Below the pieces are notes generated by a model. That model was not told the DNA's origin. It ran no database searches and saw only the letters and a list, made by a program, of their open reading frames with translations. A stretch of DNA of 54,458 nucleotides from Burkholderiales bacterium (GTDB lineage Bacteria; Pseudomonadota; Gammaproteobacteria; Burkholderiales; Burkholderiaceae_C): NCBI GenBank assembly GCA_038236495.1, contig JBBRZR010000001.1, positions 1 to 54,458 on the forward strand. Reading direction: 5' to 3'. The stretch's first letter is position 1, and the number at the start of each line of letters is the position of its first letter. Shown here in pieces: positions 8,378 through 18,558 of this stretch. Both the position numbers and the translations under genes were made by a program.

Positions 8378-10951
8378 ATGTTGAAAAAAGCGACTGAAGC
8401 GTTTTCGGGTCCGTTGGCCAGCTACCGGGCAAAGCGTGACTTCGCCGTCACTGCCGAACCGCGCGGGACGCCGGCAGCGGCGGGCGAGAAACTGTCGTTC
8501 GTCGTTCAAAAGCATGCCGCTGGCCGCTTGCACTACGATTTTCGGCTCGAGCTGGGAGGGGTGCTGGTGTCTTGGGCCGTGCCCAAAGGGCCCAGCTTCG
8601 ACCCTGCCGACAAGCGCATCGCCGTGCAGGTCGAGGACCATCCGTTGAGCTATGCCACGTTCGAGGGAACCATCCCAGCCAAACAGTACGGCGCCGGCAC
8701 CGTCATCGTGTGGGACAACGGCACGTGGCAGCCGGTGGGCGACCCGGCAGAAGGCCTGGCCAAAGGCAAGTTGGTGTTCACCTTGCACGGTCAAAAGCTG
8801 ATGGGACTTTGGGAGCTGGTCAACATCGCCAAGCCCGGCGATAAACAGCAACTGTGGCTTCTTTTCAAGAAACGGGGTGACGTGTTCGCCCGACCAAAGT
8901 CGGTGTTCGATGTCGTCACAGCCCTGCCCGACAGCGTCACCCCGAAGCCACCCAAGGCGCAAGCCGCCACCGGCGCTGCTGCCGCAGCCCAGAAGAGGCG
9001 ATGCAACACCAAGGGGGTGGCTTCAATCGCCGGCGCCGTCAGGGCACCGCTGCCAGACCAGTTGCGACCCCAACTGGCGACGCTGGCGACCGGGGTTCCC
9101 TCATCGGGCGATTGGCGCTTTGAAATAAAGCTGGACGGCTACCGAATCATGGCGCGTATCGACAGCGGCAAGGTCGCGCTCATGACCCGTGGCGGCCATG
9201 ATTGGTCGGGCAAGATGCCCGCACTCGTGGCTGAGTTGGAGGCACTTGGCATCGGCTCCGCCTGGCTTGACGGCGAAGTCGTGATGCGGGATGAAAACGG
9301 GCTGCCCAACTTCAACAAGCTGCAGAAAGCATTCGACCGCAGTCTGACTTCAGACGGCATCGACTACTTCTTGTTCGACCTGCCCTACTTCGAGGGCTAC
9401 GACCTGCGCGCACTTGCACTCGTCGAGCGCCGCAGCCTGTTGAAGGCGTTTCTCGACGAAAAGACCACCGAGCATGTCAGGTACAGCGCAGACTTTCCAG
9501 GCGACCCAGCCTCTATCCTGGAGTCGGCCTGCAAACTCAAGCTCGAAGGGCTCATTGCCAAGCGCGCGGACGCGCCCTACTCGTCACGGCGCACCGAGAC
9601 CTGGCTGAAGTTCAAGTGCAGGCTGCGCCAGGAGTTTGTCGTCGCGGGCTACACCGACCGCAGCGATGGGTCTGCCCAGATTGGCAGTTTGCTGTTGGGC
9701 GTGTACGGAGACGACGGTGTTCTCGTGTCGGCCGGCAGTGTGGGCACCGGGTGGGACAGTGCTGAAGCCGCAGCGCTCAAGATCAAGCTCGCGAAGCTCG
9801 AAAACGGTAGCGTACCGTTCGCAGGCGGCGCCACGCAGCCGGGCCGCTGGTCAAAGCGCGGCGCACGTACCGCGCATGGGGTCACGCCCAAGCTGATCGC
9901 CGAGGTCGAGTACGCCGAAATCACACCCGCCGGTCAAATACGGCACGGGTCGTACATCGCCCTCCGGTCGGACAAAGCGCCCCGCACGATTCGCCTTGAA
10001 ACCGCGATGATGTCAGCGTCGGCCGCGCCGCTGCGCGCCTCGGCGGCTGCCGGCGCCGGCGCCATCAAGGTAAGCCACGGCGACCGGATCATCGACGCGT
10101 CAACCGGACTGACCAAGCTCGACCTCGTTCGTTACTATGAGTCGGTGGCATCCTTCATGCTGCCCCACCTGAAAGGCCGTCCTTGCGCGTTGGTGCGCGG
10201 CCCCTCCGGCATCGGGGGCGATCTGTTCTTTCAAAAGCATGCTGAGCGAACAGCGATGCCGGGCGTCACTGAAATGAACCCGGCGCTCTGGCCAGGACAC
10301 GCCGCAATGCTCGAGGTGGTCAGCGCCCAGGGCCTGGCTGGCGCCGCGCAGATGAACGTCATCGAGTTCCACACCTGGAATTCAATCGCGAAAAAAATCG
10401 ATTTTCCCGACCGGATGATTTTTGATTTGGACCCGGGCGAAGGAACGGTATGGGACCACGTGCAGGACGCGGCCATCCTGGTCCGCGGCTTACTCGAACA
10501 GCTCGAGCTCGACAGTTACCTGAAGACCTCAGGCGGCAAGGGGTTGCATGTGGTCGTGCCGCTCGCTGCAAAAAGTGATTACGACACGGTCAATGGGTTT
10601 TCAAAAGCCATCGTGGCGCATTTGGCGCAGGTGGTTCCCTCCCGATTTGTCGCCAAGAGTGGCCCGGCGAATCGCATTGGAAAGCTCTTCATCGACAGTC
10701 TGCGAAACGGCCACGGCGCAACCACCGCCGCCGCGTTTTCTGCGCGGGCCCGGCCCGGATTGGGCGTGTCGATGCCGGTTTGCTGGGATGACCTGTCCCG
10801 TCTCAAGAGCGGCGCCGAGTGGGGCATCGCCACTGCGCGCGAGCATTTGTCGTTCCAGGCGCAAGACCCCTGGGCCGGCTACTGGAAGTGCAGGCAAACC
10901 CTAGCGAAAGCCATGAAAATCCTGGGCTTCAAACCCGGCGGCAGACCGTGA
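8378..10951 (+). CDS. ligD: DNA ligase D (phosphoesterase-ligase-polymerase)
   Basis: PE domain FVVQKHAA.RLHYDFRLE; ligase EIKLDGYR, EGLIAKR, WLKFK; polymerase IFDLDPG, KTSGGKGLHV. Confidence 0.95.
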   Translation: MLKKATEAFSGPLASYRAKRDFAVTAEPRGTPAAAGEKLSFVVQKHAAGRLHYDFRLELGGVLVSWAVPKGPSFDPADKRIAVQVEDHPLSYATFEGTIPAKQYGAGTVIVWDNGTWQPVGDPAEGLAKGKLVFTLHGQKLMGLWELVNIAKPGDKQQLWLLFKKRGDVFARPKSVFDVVTALPDSVTPKPPKAQAATGAAAAAQKRRCNTKGVASIAGAVRAPLPDQLRPQLATLATGVPSSGDWRFEIKLDGYRIMARIDSGKVALMTRGGHDWSGKMPALVAELEALGIGSAWLDGEVVMRDENGLPNFNKLQKAFDRSLTSDGIDYFLFDLPYFEGYDLRALALVERRSLLKAFLDEKTTEHVRYSADFPGDPASILESACKLKLEGLIAKRADAPYSSRRTETWLKFKCRLRQEFVVAGYTDRSDGSAQIGSLLLGVYGDDGVLVSAGSVGTGWDSAEAAALKIKLAKLENGSVPFAGGATQPGRWSKRGARTAHGVTPKLIAEVEYAEITPAGQIRHGSYIALRSDKAPRTIRLETAMMSASAAPLRASAAAGAGAIKVSHGDRIIDASTGLTKLDLVRYYESVASFMLPHLKGRPCALVRGPSGIGGDLFFQKHAERTAMPGVTEMNPALWPGHAAMLEVVSAQGLAGAAQMNVIEFHTWNSIAKKIDFPDRMIFDLDPGEGTVWDHVQDAAILVRGLLEQLELDSYLKTSGGKGLHVVVPLAAKSDYDTVNGFSKAIVAHLAQVVPSRFVAKSGPANRIGKLFIDSLRNGHGATTAAAFSARARPGLGVSMPVCWDDLSRLKSGAEWGIATAREHLSFQAQDPWAGYWKCRQTLAKAMKILGFKPGGRP

Positions 10952-11002
10952 CGCTTGAACGCCGCACAGGCCGCCAGGAACAGGCGCGTTGCCCGCAGGT
11001 GT

Positions 11003-11617
11003 TCAGTGGTCCAGACCCGCAGGCGTTGCTCGCTTGGGCATGACACCACCCTGGGTACCAAAGACGTGGTCCCAGAGGCCGCTGCTCACACCAAAATGAC
11101 CTGGCTTGGTGGCGCCGCCAGATGCAGCGGCACCGTGATGCAGCGCATGCCAGCGCCTGCGCCGCTGCAGCCAGGCGCTCCGGCCCCGTAGCCAAGGTGG
11201 CGGATGGTGTGTGGCGTGGTGCGTGAGCCCATACGCCAGGTAGCCTGTCACCAAGCCGAAGGTCAGCGCGCAAGCCGGCCACGCGCCAAGCAACCACCAC
11301 CCCGGCAGTACGGCCAGCGTGCCGAACAGCGCGGCACTGAACACGGTAGGCGATGCGATCAGTGCCGAGGGGCGCAGATGATGCTCGGCGTGCCAGCGTT
11401 TGAACGGGGGCATCCCGTGCAGCACGTAGCGGTGGAGAACATACTCGATCAGGGTCCATGCCGCAGCGCCGGCCACTGCCCACAGCAGCAGGGCGCCGCT
11501 TATCCCGGCGGGGCTGTAACGCATCAAAGCGATCGCCATCGAGGCCGAGGCGAGGCCGTAGAAGGCGAAGTCCGCATGGTAGACGGCAGGGCTGTGTTCC
11601 AGGGCAAGCCAGGTCAT
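11003..11617 (-). CDS. Sterol desaturase / fatty-acid hydroxylase family protein
   Basis: His boxes EYVLHRYVLH, HAEHH, HHATHH, HALHH; FGVS..LWD.VFGT. Confidence 0.85.
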   Translation of the reverse strand: MTWLALEHSPAVYHADFAFYGLASASMAIALMRYSPAGISGALLLWAVAGAAAWTLIEYVLHRYVLHGMPPFKRWHAEHHLRPSALIASPTVFSAALFGTLAVLPGWWLLGAWPACALTFGLVTGYLAYGLTHHATHHPPPWLRGRSAWLQRRRRWHALHHGAAASGGATKPGHFGVSSGLWDHVFGTQGGVMPKRATPAGLDH

Positions 11618-11933
11618 GACGATCCTTACGGCAAACCATCACCCTGACCCACGCGGCGGGTAAAGGCAGGTTCAAGAAAGTAGGTTCGCAGTCTGTGGCC
11701 AAGATGGGATCGAGGTCTGTACGTCAGCGAACCCGGGATGGCCATTTTCGGTCGTCTCCCGCCGCACAGCGGGCCCCGGCTTGCCAGGGTTATGTCGCGC
11801 AATTTCTATCCTAAGCCCCCTGCCGGGGTATCCGCAACGCGCCCGGCAGCGTCATCGGGCCTGTGCTGCAATCAGCGCCGATGGATATGTCCTGTCCTTA
11901 CTACCTCGTCTTCTGCGAGCTTGAAGCGTCCGC

Positions 11934-14570
11934 ATGAGCACCGCATCGGCAACCGCGAAACGGGCGCTGGACGCCTGGTTTGTAGAGCGCGGCTGGAAGC
12001 CGTTCAGCTTCCAGCAAGCGGTGTGGCAGGCGATCGCCGCGGGTCGGTCCGGCCTGCTGCACGCGACCACCGGCGCCGGCAAGACCTATGCGGTGTGGCT
12101 GGGCGCGCTGCGCGCCTTCGCGGTGCCTGCCTCCGGCAAGACTGGCGCCACGCGACCCGAGGCTGCTCAGCCGCTCACCGTGTTGTGGCTGACGCCGATG
12201 CGCGCCCTCGCTGCCGACACCTTGCGGGCGCTGCATCAGCCGCTGGCAGCGCTCGGCCTCCCCGTCCGCCCTTGGAGCGCCGGCGCGCGCAGCGGCGACA
12301 CCGGGTCGGCCGAACGCGCGGCGCAGGGCAGGCGCTTGCCGACCGTGCTGGTGACGACCCCCGAGAGCCTGTCGTTGCTGCTGGCACGCGCCGATGCGCA
12401 GGCCGTGCTGGGCAGCATCCGCCTGGTCGTTGTCGATGAATGGCACGAACTGCTGGGCAACAAGCGCGGCGTGCAGGTGCAACTCGGGCTGGCGCGGCTG
12501 AAGCGCTGGAACGCCGGGCTGTGCATCTGGGGCATGTCGGCCACGCTTGGCAATCTGGACGCTGCGATGCGCGCGTTGCTGGGTGCAGAAGACGGCCTGC
12601 TGGTGCAGGGCGAGCTGCCAAAAAAGCTGCAGATCGACTCGCTGCTGCCGGGCCGTGCCGACCGCTTCCCGTGGGGCGGGCACCTCGGGCTGACGATGCT
12701 TCCGCAGGTGATCACCGAGATCGACGCGAGCAGCAGCACGCTGGTCTTCACCAACACGCGGTCGCAATCGGAGATCTGGTACCACGCGATGCTCGAAGCG
12801 CGGCCTGACTGGGCCGGGCAGATCGCGTTGCACCACGGCTCGCTCGACCGCGAGGTCCGCGAGTGGGTCGAGCTGGGGATCAAGAGCGGCACGCTGAAGG
12901 CGGTGGTCTGCACCTCCAGCCTGGACCTGGGCGTGGACTTCCTGCCGGTCGAGCGGGTACTGCAAATCGGCTCGCCCAAGGGGATTGCGCGCCTGCTGCA
13001 GCGTGCCGGCCGGTCCGGCCACGCGCCGGGCCGGCCGTCGCGCATCACCCTGGTGCCGACGCACAGCCTCGAGATCATCGAAGGTGCCGCTGCGCGCGCT
13101 GCGATCGCGGCCGGACAGATCGAGACGCGCAGCTCACCCGAACAACCGCTCGACGTGCTGGTGCAGCATCTGGTGACGGTGGCGCTCGGCGGCGGCTTCG
13201 TGCCCGACGCGCTGTATGACGAGGTGACCAGCACGGCGGCCTACGCGCGCTTGTCGCGCGAAAGCTGGGACTGGTGCCTGTCCTTCGTCTCGCAAGGCGG
13301 CTCGTCGCTCGCGGCCTATCCGGACTATCAGCGCGCGGTGCCGGATTCGGCAGGCGTCTGGCGCGTGCCCGATGCGCGGCTGGCGCGGCGCCACCGCATG
13401 AACATCGGCACCATCGTCAGCGATGCCAGCATCACCGTGCAGGTGCAGGGCGGCGCGCGCCTGGGCAGCGTCGAGGAGAGCTTCGTCGCGCGCATGAAGC
13501 CGGGCGACTGCTTCATGTTCGGCGGACGCCTGCTCGAGCTGATCCGCATCCGCGAGATGACGGCCTGGGTGCGCCGTGCGACGACCCAGCGCGCCGCCGT
13601 GCCGCGCTGGAGCGGCGGCCGCATGTCGTTGTCGAGCACGCTGGCCGACGCGGTCGTGCAGCAGCTCGCGCTGGCGGGCGTTGGGCGCTTCGAGACGCCC
13701 GAGTTGCAGTGCGTCCGACCACTGCTCGACATCCAGCAGCAGTGGTCGGCGCTGCCGACGCCGCAGACCCTGCTTGCCGAAGTGCTGACCACGCGCGAGG
13801 GCACGCACCTGTTTCTGTACCCGTTCGCGGGCCGCTCGGTGCACCTCGGGCTGGCGGGCCTGATCGCGTGGCGCGCGGCGCAGATCGAGCCGTGCACGTT
13901 CTCTATCACGGTCAACGACCATGGCTTCGAACTGCTCAGCGCCACCGCGATCGACTGGCTTGCCTGGCTGCCGCGCCTGTTGCACTCCACAGGCGACGAC
14001 GCGGCGCTGCTGCAAGAGGTGCTCGCCAGCCTGAACGCTGGCGAGCTCGCGCAGCGCCGCTTTCGCGAGATCGCCCGGGTGTCCGGGCTGATCTTCCAGG
14101 GCTACCCGGGCGAGCAGCGCAGCGCCAAGCAGCTGCAGGCCTCGTCGTCGCTGTTCTGGGAGGTGTTCCGCAAGTACGACCCGGCCAACAAGCTGCTGCT
14201 GCAGGCCGAGCAGGAGCTGCTCGCGCAAGAGCTCGACATCGACCGGTTGCGCGCCAGCCTGGCGCGGATGGCGGCGCAACGCCTCGTGCTCAAAGTGCTG
14301 GCACGACCGACACCGTTCGCGTTTCCGCTGATGGTCGAGATGTTCCGCGAGAAGCTCTCGACCGAGAGCGTGGCGACGCGCATTGCGCGCATGGTCGCGC
14401 AGTTGGAGAAGGCGGCGGGCGGCACGCCCGCGGTCGGCGGCGTCGGGCAGGTCAAGGGCACGCTGGCCTTCGGGCAGGCCACCAGCCCGAAGCGCCCAAA
14501 GCGCCCAAAGTGCCCGAAGCGCCCGCCGCGCCGTGCGCGCAAGCCCTCGCGGCCCTTGCCGCCGCTTTGA
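11934..14570 (+). CDS. lhr: Lhr-core (ligase-associated) DEXH-box helicase
   Basis: [48 protein letters not shown]. Confidence 0.9.
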   Translation: MSTASATAKRALDAWFVERGWKPFSFQQAVWQAIAAGRSGLLHATTGAGKTYAVWLGALRAFAVPASGKTGATRPEAAQPLTVLWLTPMRALAADTLRALHQPLAALGLPVRPWSAGARSGDTGSAERAAQGRRLPTVLVTTPESLSLLLARADAQAVLGSIRLVVVDEWHELLGNKRGVQVQLGLARLKRWNAGLCIWGMSATLGNLDAAMRALLGAEDGLLVQGELPKKLQIDSLLPGRADRFPWGGHLGLTMLPQVITEIDASSSTLVFTNTRSQSEIWYHAMLEARPDWAGQIALHHGSLDREVREWVELGIKSGTLKAVVCTSSLDLGVDFLPVERVLQIGSPKGIARLLQRAGRSGHAPGRPSRITLVPTHSLEIIEGAAARAAIAAGQIETRSSPEQPLDVLVQHLVTVALGGGFVPDALYDEVTSTAAYARLSRESWDWCLSFVSQGGSSLAAYPDYQRAVPDSAGVWRVPDARLARRHRMNIGTIVSDASITVQVQGGARLGSVEESFVARMKPGDCFMFGGRLLELIRIREMTAWVRRATTQRAAVPRWSGGRMSLSSTLADAVVQQLALAGVGRFETPELQCVRPLLDIQQQWSALPTPQTLLAEVLTTREGTHLFLYPFAGRSVHLGLAGLIAWRAAQIEPCTFSITVNDHGFELLSATAIDWLAWLPRLLHSTGDDAALLQEVLASLNAGELAQRRFREIARVSGLIFQGYPGEQRSAKQLQASSSLFWEVFRKYDPANKLLLQAEQELLAQELDIDRLRASLARMAAQRLVLKVLARPTPFAFPLMVEMFREKLSTESVATRIARMVAQLEKAAGGTPAVGGVGQVKGTLAFGQATSPKRPKRPKCPKRPPRRARKPSRPLPPL
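14485..14529 (+). repeat. 9-bp tandem repeat GCCC(G/A)AAG(C/T), 4 units plus a partial
   Basis: gcccgaagc gcccaaagc gcccaaagt gcccgaagc gcccgccgc; encodes [15 protein letters not shown]. Confidence 0.8.
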
Positions 14571-14592
14571 GCGTTGCGGGTCCAATCGCGTC

Positions 14593-15255
14593 GTGATAAC
14601 CCCACCTTGCATGGTCCATTGGGCCCACGAACCGCTGCACCTGTTGCCCGAGCGCGCGATCTGGTGGCCAGCGGGCCGCACGTTGTTCGTCGCCGATCTG
14701 CATATCGGCAAGGCCGCCACCTACCGCGCCCTGGGCCAGCCGGTACCGCCCGGCACAACGCAAGAGAACCTGGCGCGACTCGATGGCTTGATCGCACGGC
14801 ATGCGCCGGACCGCATCGTTTTTCTCGGCGACTTTCTGCATGCAGCGGCGGCCCGCACAACCCACGTGATGGCTGCACTCGACGGCTGGCGCGCACGGCA
14901 TGCCGTGATCGCGATGACGCTGGTGCGCGGCAACCACGACAGCCGCGCCGGTGACCCGCCACCTGCGCTGCGCATCGATGTCGTCGACGAGCCCCACCTG
15001 CTGGGGCCGTTCGCCTGCTGTCACCACCCGCAAACGCATCCCACCCACTTCGTACTCGCCGGCCATCTGCATCCGGCGCGCCGGATTCATGGCGGTGGCC
15101 GCGACAGCCTGCGGTTGCCGTGCTTCGTGAGCGACCTGCGGCAGGCGATCCTGCCAGCGTTCGGTGAGTTCACCGGCGGATGGATCGCCGAGGCCGCGCC
15201 GGATCGGCGCTTCTACCTCGTCGGCGGCGATGCGGTGTGGCCATTGCCCGGCTGA
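14593..15255 (+). CDS. pdeM: Ligase-associated metallophosphoesterase/endonuclease (PdeM/MPE)
   Basis: ADLHIGK, LGDFLH, GNHD, GHLHP, LPAFGEFTGG; follows lhr. Start is GTG 14593 or ATG 14611. Confidence 0.85.
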   Translation: MITPPCMVHWAHEPLHLLPERAIWWPAGRTLFVADLHIGKAATYRALGQPVPPGTTQENLARLDGLIARHAPDRIVFLGDFLHAAAARTTHVMAALDGWRARHAVIAMTLVRGNHDSRAGDPPPALRIDVVDEPHLLGPFACCHHPQTHPTHFVLAGHLHPARRIHGGGRDSLRLPCFVSDLRQAILPAFGEFTGGWIAEAAPDRRFYLVGGDAVWPLPG

Positions 15256-15483
15256 GGCGGGATCGCGCCCTGGGCTGCGCCGCCGGGGCGGTGGATGCCA
15301 AAGGTCGCCAGCCGCTGCGCTGCCAGGGCTCGTGGCCCTGCCGCCGGCGCAGGCCAGAGCGGGGCACTGCGCCGACCCAGGTGCCGGTAAAGCTGTGTGA
15401 ACCTGTCGTCAGCGGCCGGCATGGCGCGTTGAACAGGCAGACGGGTCAGCCATCGGCGCTGCCCCTAACCACCGGAGCGCCCC

Positions 15484-15885
15484 ATGCCTGCCCATCTGCC
15501 CACCTCTGCCCAAGCCCGCCCGCTCAGCGCTGTGCGCACCGGGCTGCTGCTGATCGGCGCGGTGCTGGGCCTGTCGCTGTTGCCCGGCTGCGTGGTGGTG
15601 CCGGCGCACCGTGGCTATGCACCGCAGGCCTACGACGGCGGCGAAGTGCCGATCGAGGTGGCCCCGATGCCGCCGCCACCACCCTACGCCGAGGTGGTGC
15701 CGATCGTGCCGTTTGCCGGTGCGCTGTGGATTACCGGCTACTGGGGTTGGTCAGGCGGCCGGCACGCCTGGGTCGGTGGCCACTATGAGCGCGCGCGGCC
15801 CGGCTACGGCTGGGTGCCGCACCGCTGGGTGCAGGGCGGCGGTGGGCAGTGGCACCTGCACGGTGGCGGGTGGGTCAGGCGCTGA
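15484..15885 (+). CDS. YXWGXW-repeat lipoprotein
   Basis: Lipobox LPGC; Pro-rich stretch; WITGYWGW, WVGGHY, YGWVPHRW. Confidence 0.8.
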   Translation: MPAHLPTSAQARPLSAVRTGLLLIGAVLGLSLLPGCVVVPAHRGYAPQAYDGGEVPIEVAPMPPPPPYAEVVPIVPFAGALWITGYWGWSGGRHAWVGGHYERARPGYGWVPHRWVQGGGGQWHLHGGGWVRR

Positions 15886-15958
15886 GGGCCGTCGCCTTTG
15901 ACCCTTGGGGCACCATTGCCGACAGTGGCCGCCAGATGGCCGTGTCTCGCTTTACAGC

Positions 15959-15973
15959 GGGCATGCCGAATGC
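15959..15973 (+). promoter_or_regulatory. Candidate sigma54 promoter of the truncated response regulator
   Basis: GGGCAT-GCCGA-ATGC (GG-N10-GC); predicted +1 about 15985, ATG at 15986. Confidence 0.45.
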
Positions 15974-15985
15974 CATGTTGGCCCC

Positions 15986-16204
15986 ATGCTCCGGATCGCT
16001 GTCGTCGACGACCACCCGCCAATCCGCGCTGGACTGCGCCAGTATCTGTCGGCGCATGTCGACCTGCGTGTCGTGGCCGAATGCGCTTGCGCCAGCGAGG
16101 CGATGGACGTGGTGGGGCAAGAGTTGGCGGATGTTCTGCTGCTCGACATCTCGATGCCCGGCGTCAGCGGCGTGGACGCGCGGCAGTCCCTCTTGATCGG
16201 GTAA
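15986..16204 (+). pseudogene. Truncated NarL/UvrY-type response regulator (part of REC only)
   Basis: MLRIAVVDDHPPIRAGLRQYL...DVLLLDISMPGVSGVD, stop after 72 aa; no conserved Lys and no LuxR HTH. Confidence 0.75.
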
Positions 16205-16282
16205 CACCACGGCTGAAGACCCCGAGCGGCCCGTCGGGCTGGTCCGTGGCTGCCTATGGCGTTTTCCGCAGGCACTTCCAAA

Positions 16283-17755
16283 TCAAGGTTGCTCGGGCTT
16301 GTCCTGCCGGGCGCCCGCCTCCGCCTCATAGTCCCGGAGCCGGTTGTACAGCGTCTTCAGGCTCACCCCCAATGTCGCGGCAGTGCGTTCTTTGTGGTGG
16401 TTGTAGTGGCGCAGTGTGGCCAGCATCAGCTGCTTCTCGGCCTGCGCCAGGCTGGTACCTATCGGCAGGGTAATGCTATCGAGCGGCTCAGTGGCCGTGG
16501 CCGACGCCGCGGCCACCCTTGCAACTGGAAGCGGCGGGGCGGGCACGGTCAGAATCGCTCGACCCGGTGCAAGTGCCTGCCCGCTGATCTCCGGTGCCAC
16601 CTGCGTGCCGGGCAACCAGTTTTCGTCGATCAGTTCGCCCTGCGCCATCACGTAAGCGCGTTGCACCGCATTGCGCAGTTCGCGCACGTTGCCCGGCCAG
16701 TGGTAGCGGCCCATGCGCGCCAGCGCCGCTGGCGTGAAGCGGCGCGGCTGACCTTCCTGCTCGCTGATCGCGGACAGGAAGTGGCGTGCCAGCAAGGGCA
16801 CGTCCTCCAACCGGGCGCGCAGCGGTGGCAGGTCCAGCGGGAACACGTTCAGCCGGTACAGCAAGTCCTCGCGCAGCCTGCCGGCGGCCACGGCCTGGAA
16901 CGGGTCGCGGTTGGTCGCGGCGACGATGCGCACGTCGGCCTCTTGGCTGGTGGTGCCGCCAACGCGCATGAAGCGGCCTGTTTCGAGTACCCGCAACAGC
17001 TTGACCTGCAGCTCCAACGGCATTTCGGTAATTTCGTCCAGAAACAGCGTGCCGCCGTTGGCGCGCTCGAAAAAGCCCGGGTGCATGCGTTCGGCGCCGG
17101 TGAAACTGCCCTTCTCGTGGCCGAAGATCTCGCTTTCGATCAGGTTGGTGCTGATGGCACCGCAGTTGACCGCCAGGAAAGGCCGCTTGCGGCGCCGGCT
17201 GAGATCGTGGACGGTCTGGGCGACGACCTCCTTGCCCGTGCCGCTCTCGCCAGTGATGAACACGGTCACGCTGGTGCCGGCCACGCGACTGATCTGCTCG
17301 TAGATGCGGTGCATGGCCGCGCTTTGGCCCCACAGGTGGCCGAAGTGACCGCTACTGGCTACCTGCGCGGTCAGGTCGGCGACCTCGGCCCTCAACGCCG
17401 CAGGCTTCATGATCCGCGACAGCACGCCCTGCAACTGCTTCAGGTTGACGGGTTTGACCAGGTAGTCGGCTGCGCCCAGGCGCAGTGCCTGGATCGACGT
17501 TTCCAGGTTGGCGTGGCCGGTACACAGCACCACCTCGCTGTTGGCGACCAGCACTGGGTCGGACAGCAGGTCCATCCCGTTGCCGTCGGGCAGGCGCAGG
17601 TCCAAAAGCAGGATATCGGGTTCCTGCAGCATGAGTTGCCGTCGGGCGTCACGCAGGTTGTGGGCCACTGCAACCGTGAAGTTCTCGCCCGCGATGAGAT
17701 CGCGCATCGAGAAAGCGGAGTCGACATCGTCGTCGACGACCAGGGCGTGGGGCAT
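16283..17755 (-). CDS. sigma54-dependent NtrC-family activator (REC-AAA+-Fis HTH)
   Basis: REC LLDLRLPDG; Walker A GESGTGKE; GSFTGA loop; LFLDEI; REDLLYRL; WPGNVRELRN; HTH LGVSLKTLYNRL. Confidence 0.95.
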   Translation of the reverse strand: MPHALVVDDDVDSAFSMRDLIAGENFTVAVAHNLRDARRQLMLQEPDILLLDLRLPDGNGMDLLSDPVLVANSEVVLCTGHANLETSIQALRLGAADYLVKPVNLKQLQGVLSRIMKPAALRAEVADLTAQVASSGHFGHLWGQSAAMHRIYEQISRVAGTSVTVFITGESGTGKEVVAQTVHDLSRRRKRPFLAVNCGAISTNLIESEIFGHEKGSFTGAERMHPGFFERANGGTLFLDEITEMPLELQVKLLRVLETGRFMRVGGTTSQEADVRIVAATNRDPFQAVAAGRLREDLLYRLNVFPLDLPPLRARLEDVPLLARHFLSAISEQEGQPRRFTPAALARMGRYHWPGNVRELRNAVQRAYVMAQGELIDENWLPGTQVAPEISGQALAPGRAILTVPAPPLPVARVAAASATATEPLDSITLPIGTSLAQAEKQLMLATLRHYNHHKERTAATLGVSLKTLYNRLRDYEAEAGARQDKPEQP

Positions 17756-18074
17756 AGCGCATGTCTCCGGGTGTCAGGCGTGTCGCTTGCTGCTCGGTGT
17801 TTTACTTGCCGGCCGCGCTTGTTGTCACATTGTGCTGGCCCGGATTGTAAATTTTCCCGATGGCGGATGGTCTTTCCCTTGACCGGTACTGACATGAAAA
17901 ACCGCGCAGTGGGCGCGGTTCTGAATGGGCCAGTTGGCGGGCCCGGGCTGGCAAGCCGCCGCGATTTTCACACGGTGCTGCCGTACCGATGGTCAGGTAT
18001 TCAGCGGCAACGCATGGGGGCTCGCGGTCGAGAAGTTGTCAACCCAGCCAACTCGCGCGCAAGACAGATCAATG

Positions 18075-18290
18075 CTATTTGCGCGTTGGCCGGCTCTTCG
18101 TCTCCCGCACGTCATCGGCAGCGTCTTCAACACGCTCCTGCGCATCGCCCAGCTTCTTCTGCGTCTTGCCCTCGACCTGTTTGGCCGCGCCCTTGACCTG
18201 CTGAGTGGGGCTGTTCAAGACCTCACCGGCAGTGCGTTGAACACTGCCAGCAGCGTCCTTGATGGCGCCTTTGACTTGGTTGGAATTCAT
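18075..18290 (-). CDS. CsbD-family stress protein
   Basis: MNSNQVKGAIKDAAGSVQRTAGEV...KG...QVEGKTQKKLGD; RBS AAGGAG. Confidence 0.9.
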   Translation of the reverse strand: MNSNQVKGAIKDAAGSVQRTAGEVLNSPTQQVKGAAKQVEGKTQKKLGDAQERVEDAADDVRETKSRPTRK

Positions 18291-18391
18291 GGTTGCTCCT
18301 TCGAGGGTGGATTGAAGACTCGGCTCGGGCCGGTCAATGCAATCTTCGCAGCAACCCCGTGCGCCGCACGTGCGGCGACGCCGCGATGGCT

Positions 18392-18409
18392 TGTCGGCCA
18401 ACGCCTACA
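18392..18409. promoter_or_regulatory. 18-bp palindrome TGTCGG-N6-CCTACA (GacA/UvrY-box-like)
   Basis: Inverted repeat with one mismatch, about 100 bp upstream of the csbD-like gene. Confidence 0.55.
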
Positions 18410-18558
18410 CCACTTGCGAAGTGCACACCCGCTGGCTGCCGTCTAGCTGCCCCAGGGGGCGGACAGTCGCCACGGCCTGGTATCCGCCACCATTGCCTCG
18501 CGCTCGCGCTGCTGGTTAAGCCGGCCGCTGATGATCCTCGCGACAGCGTTCGATCGTG

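Noticed and set aside
11631-11645. GG-N10-GC upstream of the desaturase
   Set aside because: Poor -24 element (AGGGTG), and the predicted +1 would exclude the gene's AAGGA RBS.
11700-11933. LexA/SOS box upstream of lhr (also checked upstream of ku)
   Set aside because: No CTGT-N8-ACAG found; the nearest match has the wrong spacing.
18351-18366. sigma54-like sequence upstream of csbD (GGCGCACGGGGTTGC)
   Set aside because: GG-GC spacing is 11, not the required 10.
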